Assembly (NCBI GenBank): GCA_963724765.1 | Contig: CAVRVY010000001.1 | Location: 1,184,001 to 1,248,000 of the forward strand | Direction: 5' to 3' | DNA length: 64,000 bases | From: an uncultured delta proteobacterium | GTDB lineage: Bacteria; Desulfobacterota; Binatia; Binatales; Binataceae | Shown: positions 29,479 to 40,283 of the stretch, piece by piece | Layout of the letters: each line of letters begins with the position of its first letter | How positions within the stretch are numbered: position 1 is the stretch's first letter | The notes under the pieces: model-generated | What the model was told of the DNA's origin: nothing | The model's input: the letters and a program-made list of their open reading frames with translations, nothing else | The model's database searches: none | Position numbers and translations under genes: made by a program

Positions 29479-31044
29479 GTGGGGGGGAAGACAGTGAAAC
29501 GGTCATGCCGGTTTAGATTACGCCTTGGCGTAAATCTGGTAATCGCGGTGGTCGCGCTCGGTGTTCTGTTCATGGCTCTCGAAGCAGGAGCAGACTCACA
29601 GGAATACGAAGCTGAAATTGTGCGGCCACAAAGCGGCGCAATCCTATCAGGCGCGACCTATTACCCCATCATCAAGGTCGAAGGCCGTCCACACATCAGA
29701 AACACCGCGACGGCGAGACCCACACCTGACCCAACAGCGACACCCTCGCCATCACCAGCACCGACGTCGGCACGCACCCCCACTCCAGTTCCCACCGCCA
29801 AACCAACCTCGACGCTGACCCCATTGTCTACGCCGACGCCGACTCCCAAGCCTTCGCCGTCACCCTCGCCAACTCCGCGGCCATCGGCAACGCCCACGCC
29901 GACAGTCCTGACATCCACACTGACACTTACCAGCGCCAACAACGGTCAGACCTTCAACAACTATCGCATCAGCACGACCAGCGGCGATTGCGTGGACATG
30001 GACGGCGCAACCGGCATAACATTCGAGAACTCCAACATCGGCCCGTGCGCCGGGCGTGGCGTTTATATTAATGGCGGTTCGGACAACAACGTTTACGACA
30101 GCTACATCCACGTCGAGGGCGCTTCGACGGGCTGCTGCGACACGCGCGACGGCATTTTCAACAATCTCAGCAACGGCACCACGATTCAGGGCAACGTCAT
30201 AGCCTATAGTGAGAGCAACATCGAATCACTGTCCTCGAACAACGTGGTCATCGATGGCAACTTCCTATTGAATCCTCAAGGTCTCTTTCCACGTGGCGAG
30301 CAAATTCAGACAGAAGGTGACAACATCACGATCGAAAACAACCTGACCGTGAGCACACCCGACGCGACGCTTGGCCCCGCAATCGGGACCCACAGTCCAG
30401 CAGCAATCCTAATGTCGCAGGACAACACGAGCAATCGCCCGTCAGACAATATCAGCTTCTATGAGGTACAGACCGGGGTCGCGTTGGGCAACTATATAAC
30501 TGGTGGCCTTGACGCGACCACACCTAACTCCGGGGGCGCGCAAGACCCATCAGGTTGCGGCTTGATAGCCGACGGCTCGGACAGCCTCGCGTCGAACAAT
30601 GTGACCTTTGAAAATAACAGCTTGGTCAATACGGGCCAGTGCGGAATCGGCATCGGGACAGGCACTAATCAGGCCGTCACGGGCAACAAAACCATCAACC
30701 TGAACTCAAACACAGGTGGCAACACGGCGGACTACATCTGGAACCAGTACACTCCGGCCTGCGGTCCTGTGTTGCTTGATGACAACATCGCTACCGAAAT
30801 TCAATCTTCTGGTTATGCTTCCGGTTATTGGGACGGTGGAGGATGCGCTCCTGTCACCTGCGACGGCACGAACACCGCCGTTTGGGGCTGTAACAATTTT
30901 GATGGCGGCAGCAGTCGTACCGCATACGATGCGTTGACCCCGATACAGACGAAACTGCCACCGCCCCTGATACCACCGCAGCCGAAGAACTGTGTCGTGA
31001 ATTCACCCTACTCAACGCAAACGTCACTGCCGCCGTGCAGCTGA
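29479..31044 (+). CDS. Secreted right-handed beta-helix protein with Pro/Thr linker (copy 1)
   Basis: N-terminal hydrophobic signal/anchor, about 65-aa PT/PS linker, Asn/Gly-rich beta-helix repeats ([24 protein letters not shown]), 12 Cys. Confidence 0.8.
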   Translation: MGGKTVKRSCRFRLRLGVNLVIAVVALGVLFMALEAGADSQEYEAEIVRPQSGAILSGATYYPIIKVEGRPHIRNTATARPTPDPTATPSPSPAPTSARTPTPVPTAKPTSTLTPLSTPTPTPKPSPSPSPTPRPSATPTPTVLTSTLTLTSANNGQTFNNYRISTTSGDCVDMDGATGITFENSNIGPCAGRGVYINGGSDNNVYDSYIHVEGASTGCCDTRDGIFNNLSNGTTIQGNVIAYSESNIESLSSNNVVIDGNFLLNPQGLFPRGEQIQTEGDNITIENNLTVSTPDATLGPAIGTHSPAAILMSQDNTSNRPSDNISFYEVQTGVALGNYITGGLDATTPNSGGAQDPSGCGLIADGSDSLASNNVTFENNSLVNTGQCGIGIGTGTNQAVTGNKTINLNSNTGGNTADYIWNQYTPACGPVLLDDNIATEIQSSGYASGYWDGGGCAPVTCDGTNTAVWGCNNFDGGSSRTAYDALTPIQTKLPPPLIPPQPKNCVVNSPYSTQTSLPPCS

Positions 31045-31189
31045 GCAACAAGCCAGGCGCAAAGCAGCCAGGGGAGAAGATTTAAGCCACCGTGAGCGAG
31101 GCGGTGCGCCGGCACCACCCCGCACACGCCATCGACTTTACGAATGATTTATCAACGCTTCACGGCGATGATCGACTTGGTGAACCCGG

Positions 31190-31760
31190 TCAATCTTTCT
31201 CGCTATATCTGGTATCAGGAAACAGTAGACGCATTTCAGGTACTGTCAGTAGTCGAGTGTGGTCGAGGAAGTCTCGGCACCATTGCCGCGACGGACGCTC
31301 CAAGATACCAGGCACCGTGAAGTGTGGAGCGAACAGATATCTCGCGCGCAGCGGCAGCCAGTGGATGAACGGCGCGATCCAGGGCGGCTCTATAGGAAAC
31401 CATTTGTCGGGTGATCGTACGTAGTAGAATTCGCCGACCCTGCGGCACTCGGAGGCGAAGGCGCATTGCGACTCCCACCCTCCGACGTGCTCGACGACGG
31501 AATTGCTGTAGACGATATCGAATGAGCGGTCTTTGAACGGCAGATGGCGGGTATCACACACCACCGTTGGGCGGTGCGCGGCGTCAAGATTTGCGATGGT
31601 CAGGACAGGATAGATCGAATCCAGTGTCCAGTTGAACAGGCGGCCCGCTAAAGTCAAGAACGCTGGTATCCGTAGTCACTTTAAATTCCCGGATGAAAGT
31701 CTTCATCCGGCGATTCCAAAAGCATTGCTGAAAGGGGGTGAGAGGTTGTCGATATACGTC
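31190..31760 (-). pseudogene. Frameshifted class I SAM methyltransferase
   Basis: Upstream frame ...NRRMKTFIREFKVTTDTSVLDF joins downstream frame LFNWTL...CDTRHLPFKDRSFDIVYSNSVVEHVG across one extra base near 31640-31648. 5' end approximate. Confidence 0.75.
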
Positions 31761-32080
31761 GCACTGAGTTCCGTATATGTTGCCGAGGCAATCCACGGTT
31801 GTTGGAGGGAAGACCCTTGGTCGGGCCACCGCTGGGGTTAAACCGGGATCGCCGACCTCCGGGGAACCAATCCAACATTCAGACGCTGCGGCCATTCGAC
31901 AAGAAGGCGGTTGCGGGGTTTATCAATCAACTGCCGGGCATCGACCCCAACGTCGCTCCGCACGACATTTGTCAGTTTGGTTAAATCGATCTGGCTGGCG
32001 TTAGGTAATACGAATTAGAAGGTAATGCGCTTTTCGGACCCGGGCGCTCGGCGTGATATTATTCGATTAAACAGCGACCT

Positions 32081-33037
32081 TCATTGTCTCACTGCGGGCG
32101 CGCTGCGCACGCGCAGATAGAGCGACGACGGAAAGTGATCTTCGGCGTCATCGAAGAGGGCGCTGCCCGCGCTTCGTAATCCGTTCTCGGCGGGTTGCGC
32201 CCGATACTCGGGGAACACCTCGCGCAGAACGCCGGGCCGAGCGTAATGAAGCTGCGAGAGGCAGAACATAATCTCAACATTACGATTGCCGATCAGGAAT
32301 GCATGTAGCAATGCCGTCTCCTGCCATTGGAAGCAGAATCGCAGCACATCGCGTGGATAGTCGTAAGGCAGAAAGATATCGTGAACATGAACCACGACCC
32401 CGGGGTTCAGCCGCGGCAGAGCTTCCAAAACCAGAAAGTTGACATCGCTCCCAGTCTTTACCGTGTGAGACGAGTCGATGAACAGGAAGTCCCCGTCGCC
32501 CAGTGATTCGAACAATTCGAGGGGCACCGCCTGCACCGGCTTCTCGACCAGTGTCACGTCCGCGTTCCTAAGCCATTGGCGCGGATAGGGCTCGACGCAG
32601 GTAATCGCGCATCGGGTTTCATTGCGCGCCGCCGCTTGCAGTATGCAATAGGTCGAGACTCCCGATCCCACCTCGACGATGCGCTTTGGTTTGAGACTGC
32701 GGACCACGCAATGCAGCGCTTCGGCCTCGATATATCCATAGCCTGGCCCGCAGTCGGTTGAAACAGCGGTCTGGTAATGCGGGTTGCCGCGGACCTCATT
32801 GGCGAATGGGCCACAAATCGCGCGCAGGCAGGCGGCCTGCTGGTCCAGGTCGATTTCGATCCCGGCGAGCTGCGAAGGCTTGGCCCACAGATCCGCGGTC
32901 TTCGCGAGCTGATTAACATCCGGGAAATCGATGTAGTAGTGATTCGGAAGGACAACGACTCCGCATCGCAGCCCGAGCTTATGGACGGAGAATAGCAACT
33001 CCTTCGCCCGGTTCTTGAGTTTTCTCCGAATCGGCAT
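32081..33037 (-). CDS. Class I SAM methyltransferase (Methyltransf_24-like)
   Basis: KPKRIVEVGSGVST, LFIDSSHTVKTGSDV and VHVHDIFLPYDYP. Start trimmed to MPIRRKLK. Confidence 0.88.
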   Translation of the reverse strand: MPIRRKLKNRAKELLFSVHKLGLRCGVVVLPNHYYIDFPDVNQLAKTADLWAKPSQLAGIEIDLDQQAACLRAICGPFANEVRGNPHYQTAVSTDCGPGYGYIEAEALHCVVRSLKPKRIVEVGSGVSTYCILQAAARNETRCAITCVEPYPRQWLRNADVTLVEKPVQAVPLELFESLGDGDFLFIDSSHTVKTGSDVNFLVLEALPRLNPGVVVHVHDIFLPYDYPRDVLRFCFQWQETALLHAFLIGNRNVEIMFCLSQLHYARPGVLREVFPEYRAQPAENGLRSAGSALFDDAEDHFPSSLYLRVRSAPAVRQ

Positions 33038-33224
33038 GTCCAAGGAGCTTCTCGGCGACCACGGCGAGACTCGACGAGGTGTTTCTCCTGCGCTAGCACC
33101 TCCATCTCGAACCAGTGCAAGCGCAGAGTCAAGTCCGCCCCGCGCTCCCAAATCTTACTGAAGCCGATCAGGCAAAAGGTCGGCTCCTCGGGAATGCGCT
33201 CGGCGTTGTTGATGGGGATGGACC

Positions 33225-33295
33225 GCTCCCGCCAGCCTTCGCGCCGCAGTATCACGGTCAGGCGTCGATAGCCAAACCGCAACCCGACTCGTCAG
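33225..33295 (-). pseudogene. IS3-family transposase OrfB fragment
   Basis: RFGYRRLTVILRREGW is the IS3 HTH_21 signature; no continuation. Confidence 0.7.
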
Positions 33296-33826
33296 GATCT
33301 TCCAGATCAGCGCTCGGCATTGGCATGTTTCTTGTAACGCCTGGCGGCGTCGGTTCGCAGCGGTCTTAGGTCAGTAAAGTTCGCCCCGTTAGCAGGTGCA
33401 GCCTACGCCACCAGCCATTCCCTTGATCCTATGGCAGAACAACGGATTAACAGCCAGGCGCTAAGAGGCCGCGCGCATCGCTTGGTTAAAGAAACCAAGC
33501 GGCTGGCCAACGCGGTGCAACAAGCTCCGGCCCCGGATCCAGCGCCTGACTGGTTTTCGACCACCCTCAAAGAGTGAACAGCTGCCGAAAAAAACCCTTA
33601 TACGAAACGGTGCTACTGCGGCAAAGTCAAAGCGCACCAACAACCGACAAGACTTACTTGCGACTGGGATACATAATGGGTATGGGTAAGGACAACCACC
33701 GCGAGTGCTCCTCTTCTGGGCATGGCGATGAACGGGAGGCCGCCCGCAGACGCTCGAAACCACCGATGATGCCACGGACAACATTTTGGCGAGCCGGAGC
33801 CAATCAATCTCCTTTGCCGAGGCCCA

Positions 33827-34189
33827 TCAATCTCCTTTGATCAGACGGTAAGAGTCGCTCTCGAAATGTTGAGTTGAAAACTCCAACAGTTCAGCGTCCT
33901 CGATCGCCTCCATTTGATGCACGAGGCCGGGTGGAACGTCCAAACAGTCGCCTGTCACCATCTCGAATTCCTCTAGTCCGTCCTTGTCAGAAGATTCTTT
34001 TATCCGAACCTTGAGCCTTCCCCGACTTAAATAGAACGATTCTGTTTTGATCTTATGATAATGGAGCGAGCAGCGTTTGCCCTTTCGTATTTCTAGGATC
34101 TTTCCGCAGTAAAGCGGTGTGTTAGCAATCCATACTTCTCTGCCCCAACCTTTTGTTTCAATGTGTATAGGTGTGCGCCGTCGAACCAT
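33827..34189 (-). CDS. Cupin domain protein (sugar isomerase-like)
   Basis: KGWGREVWI, SLHYHKIKTESFY and VPPGLVHQM cupin motifs; GGAG before MVRRRT. Confidence 0.85.
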   Translation of the reverse strand: MVRRRTPIHIETKGWGREVWIANTPLYCGKILEIRKGKRCSLHYHKIKTESFYLSRGRLKVRIKESSDKDGLEEFEMVTGDCLDVPPGLVHQMEAIEDAELLEFSTQHFESDSYRLIKGD

Positions 34190-34581
34190 ATTTGGCTCCA
34201 TTTCATGGTGTGCGTGCTGATAGGTCCGATTTAATTGCAATGAGCTTATCTGACTGATCAAGGCGGCTAATGCGAAAGACTATCGATGTGCACGATCGCT
34301 AGAGACGACTCCGCCGCTGCTTCCCTTTCAGGCTCGTGCTGTTCAGAAAAGCGATGGAGAGGGGTAGACCAACTTACTCGTGGGCTGTGCGGGCGAAAAG
34401 AAGAGGTCGCCACGGCTGCGATCAGCGAACTGAGGGTCCCTGACGATCGAGTCCTGGTTGAAGTGCTGTTCGCTGCGAAAGGCATCGATGGAATCGTATG
34501 CCTCCTGAACGCCAGGCGGTTTGGGCAGCAGGCAAGCCTCGAGCGGTGTACTGACTTGGAGCTTCACCTGTTTCCTCCGCT

Positions 34582-35817
34582 CTAGCATGGCGGTAGCGAC
34601 CTCTGCGTCGAATAGGGTGAAATCACGACACAGTTCTTCGGTAGCGGTGGAATTAGAGGTGGCGTGGTGACCGCTGGATCCGCGAGCAACATGTCCTGCG
34701 CCGTCCTTCGGGCAGCGTAATCGAAAATGTTGCAGGAATCTATCTTGGTGTTGGTGCCGTCGCAAGTGACGGGAGTGCACCCACCGCCGTTCCAATAACC
34801 GGAGCCGTAACCTCCAGGCTTGACCTCGGCTCCAATGTTGCCACTAAGCAACACCGGACCACACGCCGGGGTATATTGCTTCCAGAGATAAATTGCGGTG
34901 TTGCCACCCTTATTTGGGTTCAAGTTTATAACCTTGTTACCCGTCACAGTCTGATTAGTACCGGTACCAATACCAATTCCACATTGACCCGTGTTTACTA
35001 CAATGTTGTCTTTAATAATTTCATTATTGGCACCGGTGACATTATCACTATCCGCTCCCAATATCCCGCAGCCTGATGGAGACTGAGCACCACCAGAGCC
35101 TGGAGTGGTAGCGTCAAGACCGCCGGTTACATAATTGTGTCCGACGGTGGCGTATTGAGTTGTGTAAATATTTATACTGTCTTCTGGAGGATTACTCGTG
35201 CTACCCTGAGACATTAGAATTGACGCACTACTGCGAGTTCCGATCGCTGGCCCCAATGTTGCGTCGCGTGTGCTAACGAGAAAGTTATTCGTAATCGTGA
35301 CTGTAGTTCCGGCCCCGGTTTGAATCTGCTGGCCGCGCGGAAAGACACCCTGCGGATTTAGAAGAAAATTGCCCCTGATCATAATGCTGTTGGCGTTGAA
35401 TGTCTGGATATTGGTCTCGCTGTAGGCGACGACATTGCCCTGAATCGTGGCGTAATTGCTACCATTAAAAAAGATTCCATCGCGCGTATCGCAGCAGCCC
35501 ATTGAGGCGTGCTCGACGTGAATATAGCTGTCGTAGATGTTGTTGCCAGTGCCGCCATTTATGTAAATTCCACGCCCAGCGCACGGTCCGATGTCTGAGT
35601 TTTCAAATGTTACATTGCTTGCCCCGTTAATATCCACGCAATCGCCGCTCGTCGTGCTGATGCGATAGTTGTTGAAGGTTTGACCATTGTTGGCGTCGGT
35701 AATTGTCAGAGTGGATGTCAAGACGGTCTGTGTTAGAGTCGGGGTGGAACTAGCACTGCGATTCAGAAGGGCGTTGGTCAGGAATAACGCCAGGGCACAA
35801 ACGATCATCACTCTCAT
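34582..35817 (-). CDS. Secreted right-handed beta-helix protein (copy 2, no PT linker)
   Basis: Signal peptide MRVMIVCALALFL; collinear with copy 1 from TVLTSTLT to SPYSTQxSLPPC, with the same 12 Cys. Confidence 0.82.
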   Translation of the reverse strand: MRVMIVCALALFLTNALLNRSASSTPTLTQTVLTSTLTITDANNGQTFNNYRISTTSGDCVDINGASNVTFENSDIGPCAGRGIYINGGTGNNIYDSYIHVEHASMGCCDTRDGIFFNGSNYATIQGNVVAYSETNIQTFNANSIMIRGNFLLNPQGVFPRGQQIQTGAGTTVTITNNFLVSTRDATLGPAIGTRSSASILMSQGSTSNPPEDSINIYTTQYATVGHNYVTGGLDATTPGSGGAQSPSGCGILGADSDNVTGANNEIIKDNIVVNTGQCGIGIGTGTNQTVTGNKVINLNPNKGGNTAIYLWKQYTPACGPVLLSGNIGAEVKPGGYGSGYWNGGGCTPVTCDGTNTKIDSCNIFDYAARRTAQDMLLADPAVTTPPLIPPLPKNCVVISPYSTQRSLPPC

Positions 35818-35961
35818 CGCAGATTGTAACCCACAACTCACGCGCAACACTCGCCGATGATGAACTGTATATTGTCGCTGGCGGAGCGAGCTACGAACGT
35901 GATGTTCTCGTGAGGATGCACTTGTTAGAGGAGGCGGACTTCAGCCTCATTCAGGGCTCCA

Positions 35962-36303
35962 CTATCGACGCCAAGATGCCGTCAGCAAATTCGGCAGTTC
36001 ATCGGTGGCGTGTGGTGCCAACGGAGACGCGAAGCATGGTAAACTCGCATACAGACCGAAGTTCGCGGCGCCCAGAAGGCGCGCCGTAAGGGCGTGGGCG
36101 ACCATGTTCAGGCTGCGCGCCGCCACGCCGCCTATCAGGCCGACGCTGACCCCTTTGGCGAGGATTTCGGCATCGCCGGGCATCCTAACTTGTCCGGCAA
36201 CGCCGCGAATCAGCCACTCGATTTGTTGGTCTTCGATATGAAGACTACGCCCTGCGTCCCGAATGGGCGCGTCGGCGTCGTCAGCTGTGGGATGTGAAGT
36301 CAT
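35962..36303 (-). pseudogene. Truncated Wzx-type flippase N-terminus
   Basis: LAKGVSVGLIGGVAARSLNMVAHALTARLLGAANFGLY is the flippase TM1-2 motif (ARLLG...FG.Y), followed by loss of similarity and a stop. Confidence 0.7.
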
Positions 36304-36562
36304 ATTGTGCGTTCCCGGACAAATGAACTCGATACCTCAAATGGCGATAGAAACGCTTTGCTGCTTGTAACATCTCTTCGCATGCCGAGTCACCTACTCG
36401 ACATTGGCGCGGCGCTGGCTGCGCTGGCAGGAGTACTTGAGGCGGGCGTCACGTAGCGCGACTTCTCGTACGACCTGCGCCGTCTAGTCGCCGATCGCGA
36501 AGAGCGTTCGGTCTGTGTATGGCGGAATAACGGTTGTTACGATCGGCATCGCGAGCTTCGCG

Positions 36563-37450
36563 TTATGTTTGTTTGGCGACGACCGGCGTGCTCGGCGCAA
36601 TACGCGGCGGCGCGAGCCATCCTTCGAGCCTGCCGAGAAACGATACCCAATGATATTGCGCCCCGATCAGATCCAATTTCATAGTTGACGCCAGCACGAG
36701 TGCCAGCGAACCCGCGGACCAGTATGCAACGTACCAAAGTGGAAAGTTGTGAATACGCAGGAGCCGGCCGGTTGCGCACGAGGCGCCGTGCGCGCGTTGC
36801 ACCTGGCGTCGGTCGGGAGGCGGAGGATCATCGTGGAAAACGTCCAGGCCGGGGCGATAGTACACCGGCAGACCCGACGAAACCGCGCGCGTGATGTAGT
36901 CGATATCCTCGCCGCCCTTCCAAGGCGTCGCGGCGCCGAGCCCGAGCGTCTCGTCAAAGCCACCCAGGACTTCAATTGCCGAGCGCCGCATAAACATTGA
37001 CGCTGAGCCAGCGCGCTTGAACACGTTCATTTTGGTCACCGGTCCGGCGCCCGAATCCCACCATCCACGCGGTCGTCCCCAATCGTTTAGGTAGCGACCG
37101 CTGAATCCTGCTTGCTCGGGATGCAAGTCGAAGAAGCGTGCGATGCCTTCCAGGTACTCCGCTGGATACCAGCAGTCGTCGTCGGGAAATCCGACGATTT
37201 CGCCCGTGGCGTGCGGGAGGGCGACATTACGCGCGCGAGAAAGCCCCCGCTCGCTGCGCAAATGCCTGATGGTAAAGCGCGCGCCATACGGTGCGAGAAT
37301 CGATACGAGCCGATCGTCGGTATTCTGGTCGACGACAAAGAGTTCGAGATCGCTGAACGTCTGACGATCCAAACTATCCAAAAACCGCTCGAGTTCGGTT
37401 ACACGGTCAACGGTAGCGAGTATCAGTGAAAATTTTATGGACACTGCCAT
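36563..37450 (-). CDS. Glycosyltransferase family 2
   Basis: FSLILAT, VVDQN, GLSRARN, FPDDDCWY and GGFDE.LG. Start after GGAGGGG. Confidence 0.9.
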   Translation of the reverse strand: MAVSIKFSLILATVDRVTELERFLDSLDRQTFSDLELFVVDQNTDDRLVSILAPYGARFTIRHLRSERGLSRARNVALPHATGEIVGFPDDDCWYPAEYLEGIARFFDLHPEQAGFSGRYLNDWGRPRGWWDSGAGPVTKMNVFKRAGSASMFMRRSAIEVLGGFDETLGLGAATPWKGGEDIDYITRAVSSGLPVYYRPGLDVFHDDPPPPDRRQVQRAHGASCATGRLLRIHNFPLWYVAYWSAGSLALVLASTMKLDLIGAQYHWVSFLGRLEGWLAPPRIAPSTPVVAKQT

Positions 37451-38128
37451 TTCGTCCCCTCCGGCGGCTGATTGCAGCAACAGTGATGGCGCGATCCGCC
37501 GCTCCGTACTAACGCTGGCGCCGCGTGCGCTCCCCGTTAGGAACCGGTGTGATTCCCGATACCGCGGATTCGATGTCGTCGCGACCTCATAAGTTCCGCG
37601 AAGGAAAGTCAAATTCGACCTAATAAGATATGCACGATCAGCGCCCCTCAAGAGGTCCGTTTATTTGGCAAAATAGCGCTCTGGCGCCGCAGCTCCGGCC
37701 GCACGCCTCAAGTTCGTGCGAACGCGGACATTGACAACTGTCGCTACTTGAGCTGGATCTTACAGTGACTACCCGCGGACCCGTCAGACGCGCACTCATC
37801 ATTCAATCCGAGCGATAGCAAGTTATGAAAGGAGACTGCGATAACCACTGTGCGTTTCGTTCATCCCGTTAGGCATGGTGTTCTGGCGCTCGAATCGCGA
37901 AAGATGAACCACGAACCCGCGGGCGTGTCAATCGACACATAATGTTCGGCGAGGGCCCGAAAGGATCGCGGATACGACGTTTCCCTCTTCCGATACTTGT
38001 GAAAGTCAGGCCGGAAGCCGGTTGCGCCGTTCGCCGGACCGAGCTGAATCAGCGCGTTGGTCAGGCGATTACTGTCCTCAAGCCGTGGCGAACCTGCGTA
38101 TACCACATATCGGCACATTGTTCGCCAT

Positions 38129-39115
38129 TCAGGTACTACTTTCCTTAATCAACCCGAGCTCAAGTAACTGCCGGGATCCCGCAAAGCGCATCGAGATGTC
38201 ACACATAAAGTTAATCGGGACTTGAGTCCGGATGCGTTCGAAATACCTCCGGTACTCTTGTCCGTCATCAAAGTAGGCCTTCCGGTCCAACTCTTCCTTC
38301 ACTTGGCCACTAAAGTCGCCCAGGAATTTGAAGTGCAGCAGAGCGCCGTGGCCTTTCGCTGGATGTCCAAATGACAGCTCGTGCGCGCCTGGGCCGAAGG
38401 ACATTGTTTCATTCCACTTAACCAACGGAACCTTGCTAAGGCGCGGTGGAGATGCTGGTTTCAACTTCGGAAACAGCTGTCCGCAGTACGCGCGGAACCT
38501 TCGCTGAATACGCTTGTACATACTACGGTCGAGGAATTCCGGATAAAACATCCTAAGCCTAGGCCCTCCAAAGATGGCTGGGCCTTTTTTGCGAATTGCA
38601 AGCCATCGGTATCCAGTCCTATCGAAATAAGGGCAAGCGTCAATGAAGGACTGTTCCGCTTTGTATTGAACGTCCTCGATGTTGCCGTCTGAGTACATAT
38701 CCAGCATGATGCAAACAAAAGCGTCCGCCTTTACCAGTTCGAGTGTCCGGCAGAACTCCCGCAAGGGCACCACTTCCGAGTCGGGGTAAACGAGAAGCTC
38801 ATCCGCGTCAACAACGACGCACCAACGATTGTGACCATATCGATGCAGAAGAGGCTGTATCCAATGCATTCCGGCGTTGGTCTTAGACATTGTCTCGGTC
38901 GTAAAGAAAGTATGACAGTCCGGGCTTTCCCTTAAGCGTTCAAGAGTACCATCCGTCGAGCCATTGTCGACGATAAAAAATCTATTCACGCCGAGTCTTC
39001 TATAGTAAGATAAGAAAAACGGAAGCCTCCTAGCTTCATTCCTAACTTTGGCGAACAGTCTTGTTTCATCTGAATCCGGAATAACGTTCCGGTCCAAACG
39101 TAAGATGCTACTCAT
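38129..39115 (-). CDS. Glycosyltransferase family 2 (Glyco_tranf_2_4 type)
   Basis: VRNEARRLPFFLSYYRRLGV, VDNGSTDGT, VDADELLVYP, GGPRLR and LLHFKF. Confidence 0.88.
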   Translation of the reverse strand: MSSILRLDRNVIPDSDETRLFAKVRNEARRLPFFLSYYRRLGVNRFFIVDNGSTDGTLERLRESPDCHTFFTTETMSKTNAGMHWIQPLLHRYGHNRWCVVVDADELLVYPDSEVVPLREFCRTLELVKADAFVCIMLDMYSDGNIEDVQYKAEQSFIDACPYFDRTGYRWLAIRKKGPAIFGGPRLRMFYPEFLDRSMYKRIQRRFRAYCGQLFPKLKPASPPRLSKVPLVKWNETMSFGPGAHELSFGHPAKGHGALLHFKFLGDFSGQVKEELDRKAYFDDGQEYRRYFERIRTQVPINFMCDISMRFAGSRQLLELGLIKESST

Positions 39116-39207
39116 GCGGCTGCTCGTCCTTTTGTTACCTCAGCGCGAAAAAAGACCGCGGTCGATCGCTCGCGCAATCATCCCTGCGCCATTGCGTAGC
39201 GGAATAA

Positions 39208-40215
39208 TCACGGACACGCTGACTTCCCTCGTGCGCGCTGCCAGTGCTTCTTCAGTGTCAGCCATCGGCCTGTCTCTACTATCTCACGGTCGACGCGCGT
39301 GCTGTCTCGCACGCACCTCACGAATACGCCTATGCGCGGAACTGTCGCCGGGATCAGTCGCTCATATACGTAATTCTGCCAGAACAAATACTTCTTTCGA
39401 TCACGGCAAATGCAGCTGAAAAGTCCGAAAAGACCATGCACCAAAGCTTTGCCCAGTTCGCCGAACATCTTCCGGGCGCTGATCGTGCGAGGTCGCGACA
39501 ATCCCCCTTGAAACGCGCGCTTCGCGGCATACGACAACCGCAGTTTGGCCGGCAAAATGAAGTGGTATACAATAAGAGCCGGTTCGTAGAATACCCTTTG
39601 CGTCGGCCGGGTACTCAAATACCGCTCCTGTAGATCCGTTTCTTCGCCCAGCTTAAGCTGGGCACCCACTGGCCCCATTTCAACGTCGAAGCGCACCGCA
39701 TCGAACACATCACGCCGCACAAACATGTTTCCACTCGATGCTCGGAAGGTATTCTGAAACCCTCTCTCATAGTGGTGGTTCAAGAAGTACGCGTTTCCGT
39801 ATTCTACCTTATACCATTCGGGCCTCTTTCCGGGGAGGAATGCTCCGAAATAAGGACCTCCCATAACGCACGGATGGACCTCATTTATCGTTGAAAGTGC
39901 GACGATAAGCCAGTCGGGGTTCACAACACACTCGTCGTCCAGAAAGGCTAAATAGTCGCCGGCTGCCTCGTCTATCGCCCGATTGCGCGCCGCTGAAACG
40001 CCCTGCTCGATTTCAAAGACGTACCGCATTCTGAACGGACAAGACGCCATAGCCTCACCGACTACCAGCGGCGTTCGATCCCGAGAATTGTTATCCACGA
40101 CAATGATTTCTATATCATGTTCGTGGCCCGGTATGATGAGCTGCCTGAGCGATTGCAAGCAATGCGTAAGAATCTCGCTGCGATTGTACGTGCAAATGCA
40201 GATCGATATCAGCAT
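39208..40215 (-). CDS. Glycosyltransferase family 2
   Basis: ICTYNR, VVDNNS.D, GVSAARN, FLDDEC and GEETDL. Confidence 0.92.
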   Translation of the reverse strand: MLISICICTYNRSEILTHCLQSLRQLIIPGHEHDIEIIVVDNNSRDRTPLVVGEAMASCPFRMRYVFEIEQGVSAARNRAIDEAAGDYLAFLDDECVVNPDWLIVALSTINEVHPCVMGGPYFGAFLPGKRPEWYKVEYGNAYFLNHHYERGFQNTFRASSGNMFVRRDVFDAVRFDVEMGPVGAQLKLGEETDLQERYLSTRPTQRVFYEPALIVYHFILPAKLRLSYAAKRAFQGGLSRPRTISARKMFGELGKALVHGLFGLFSCICRDRKKYLFWQNYVYERLIPATVPRIGVFVRCVRDSTRVDREIVETGRWLTLKKHWQRARGKSACP

Positions 40216-40283
40216 GGTCGCCTATTCGGATCACTGTGCGCTACGGCCGATGCACTCGCCGGATTCGACAGATCAGCAGTGAC

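Noticed and set aside
29710-29905. Repetitive CC-rich DNA
   Set aside because: Explained by the Pro/Thr linker codons; not a CRISPR array or VNTR. No CRISPR array was seen anywhere in the window.
34589-34598. ops-like GGCGGTAGCG
   Set aside because: It is on the plus strand, antisense to the cluster, and is simply the SLPP codons of beta-helix copy 2.
37861-38118. 85-aa minus-strand ORF between GT2 genes
   Set aside because: No motif support; could be a gene remnant but cannot be assigned.
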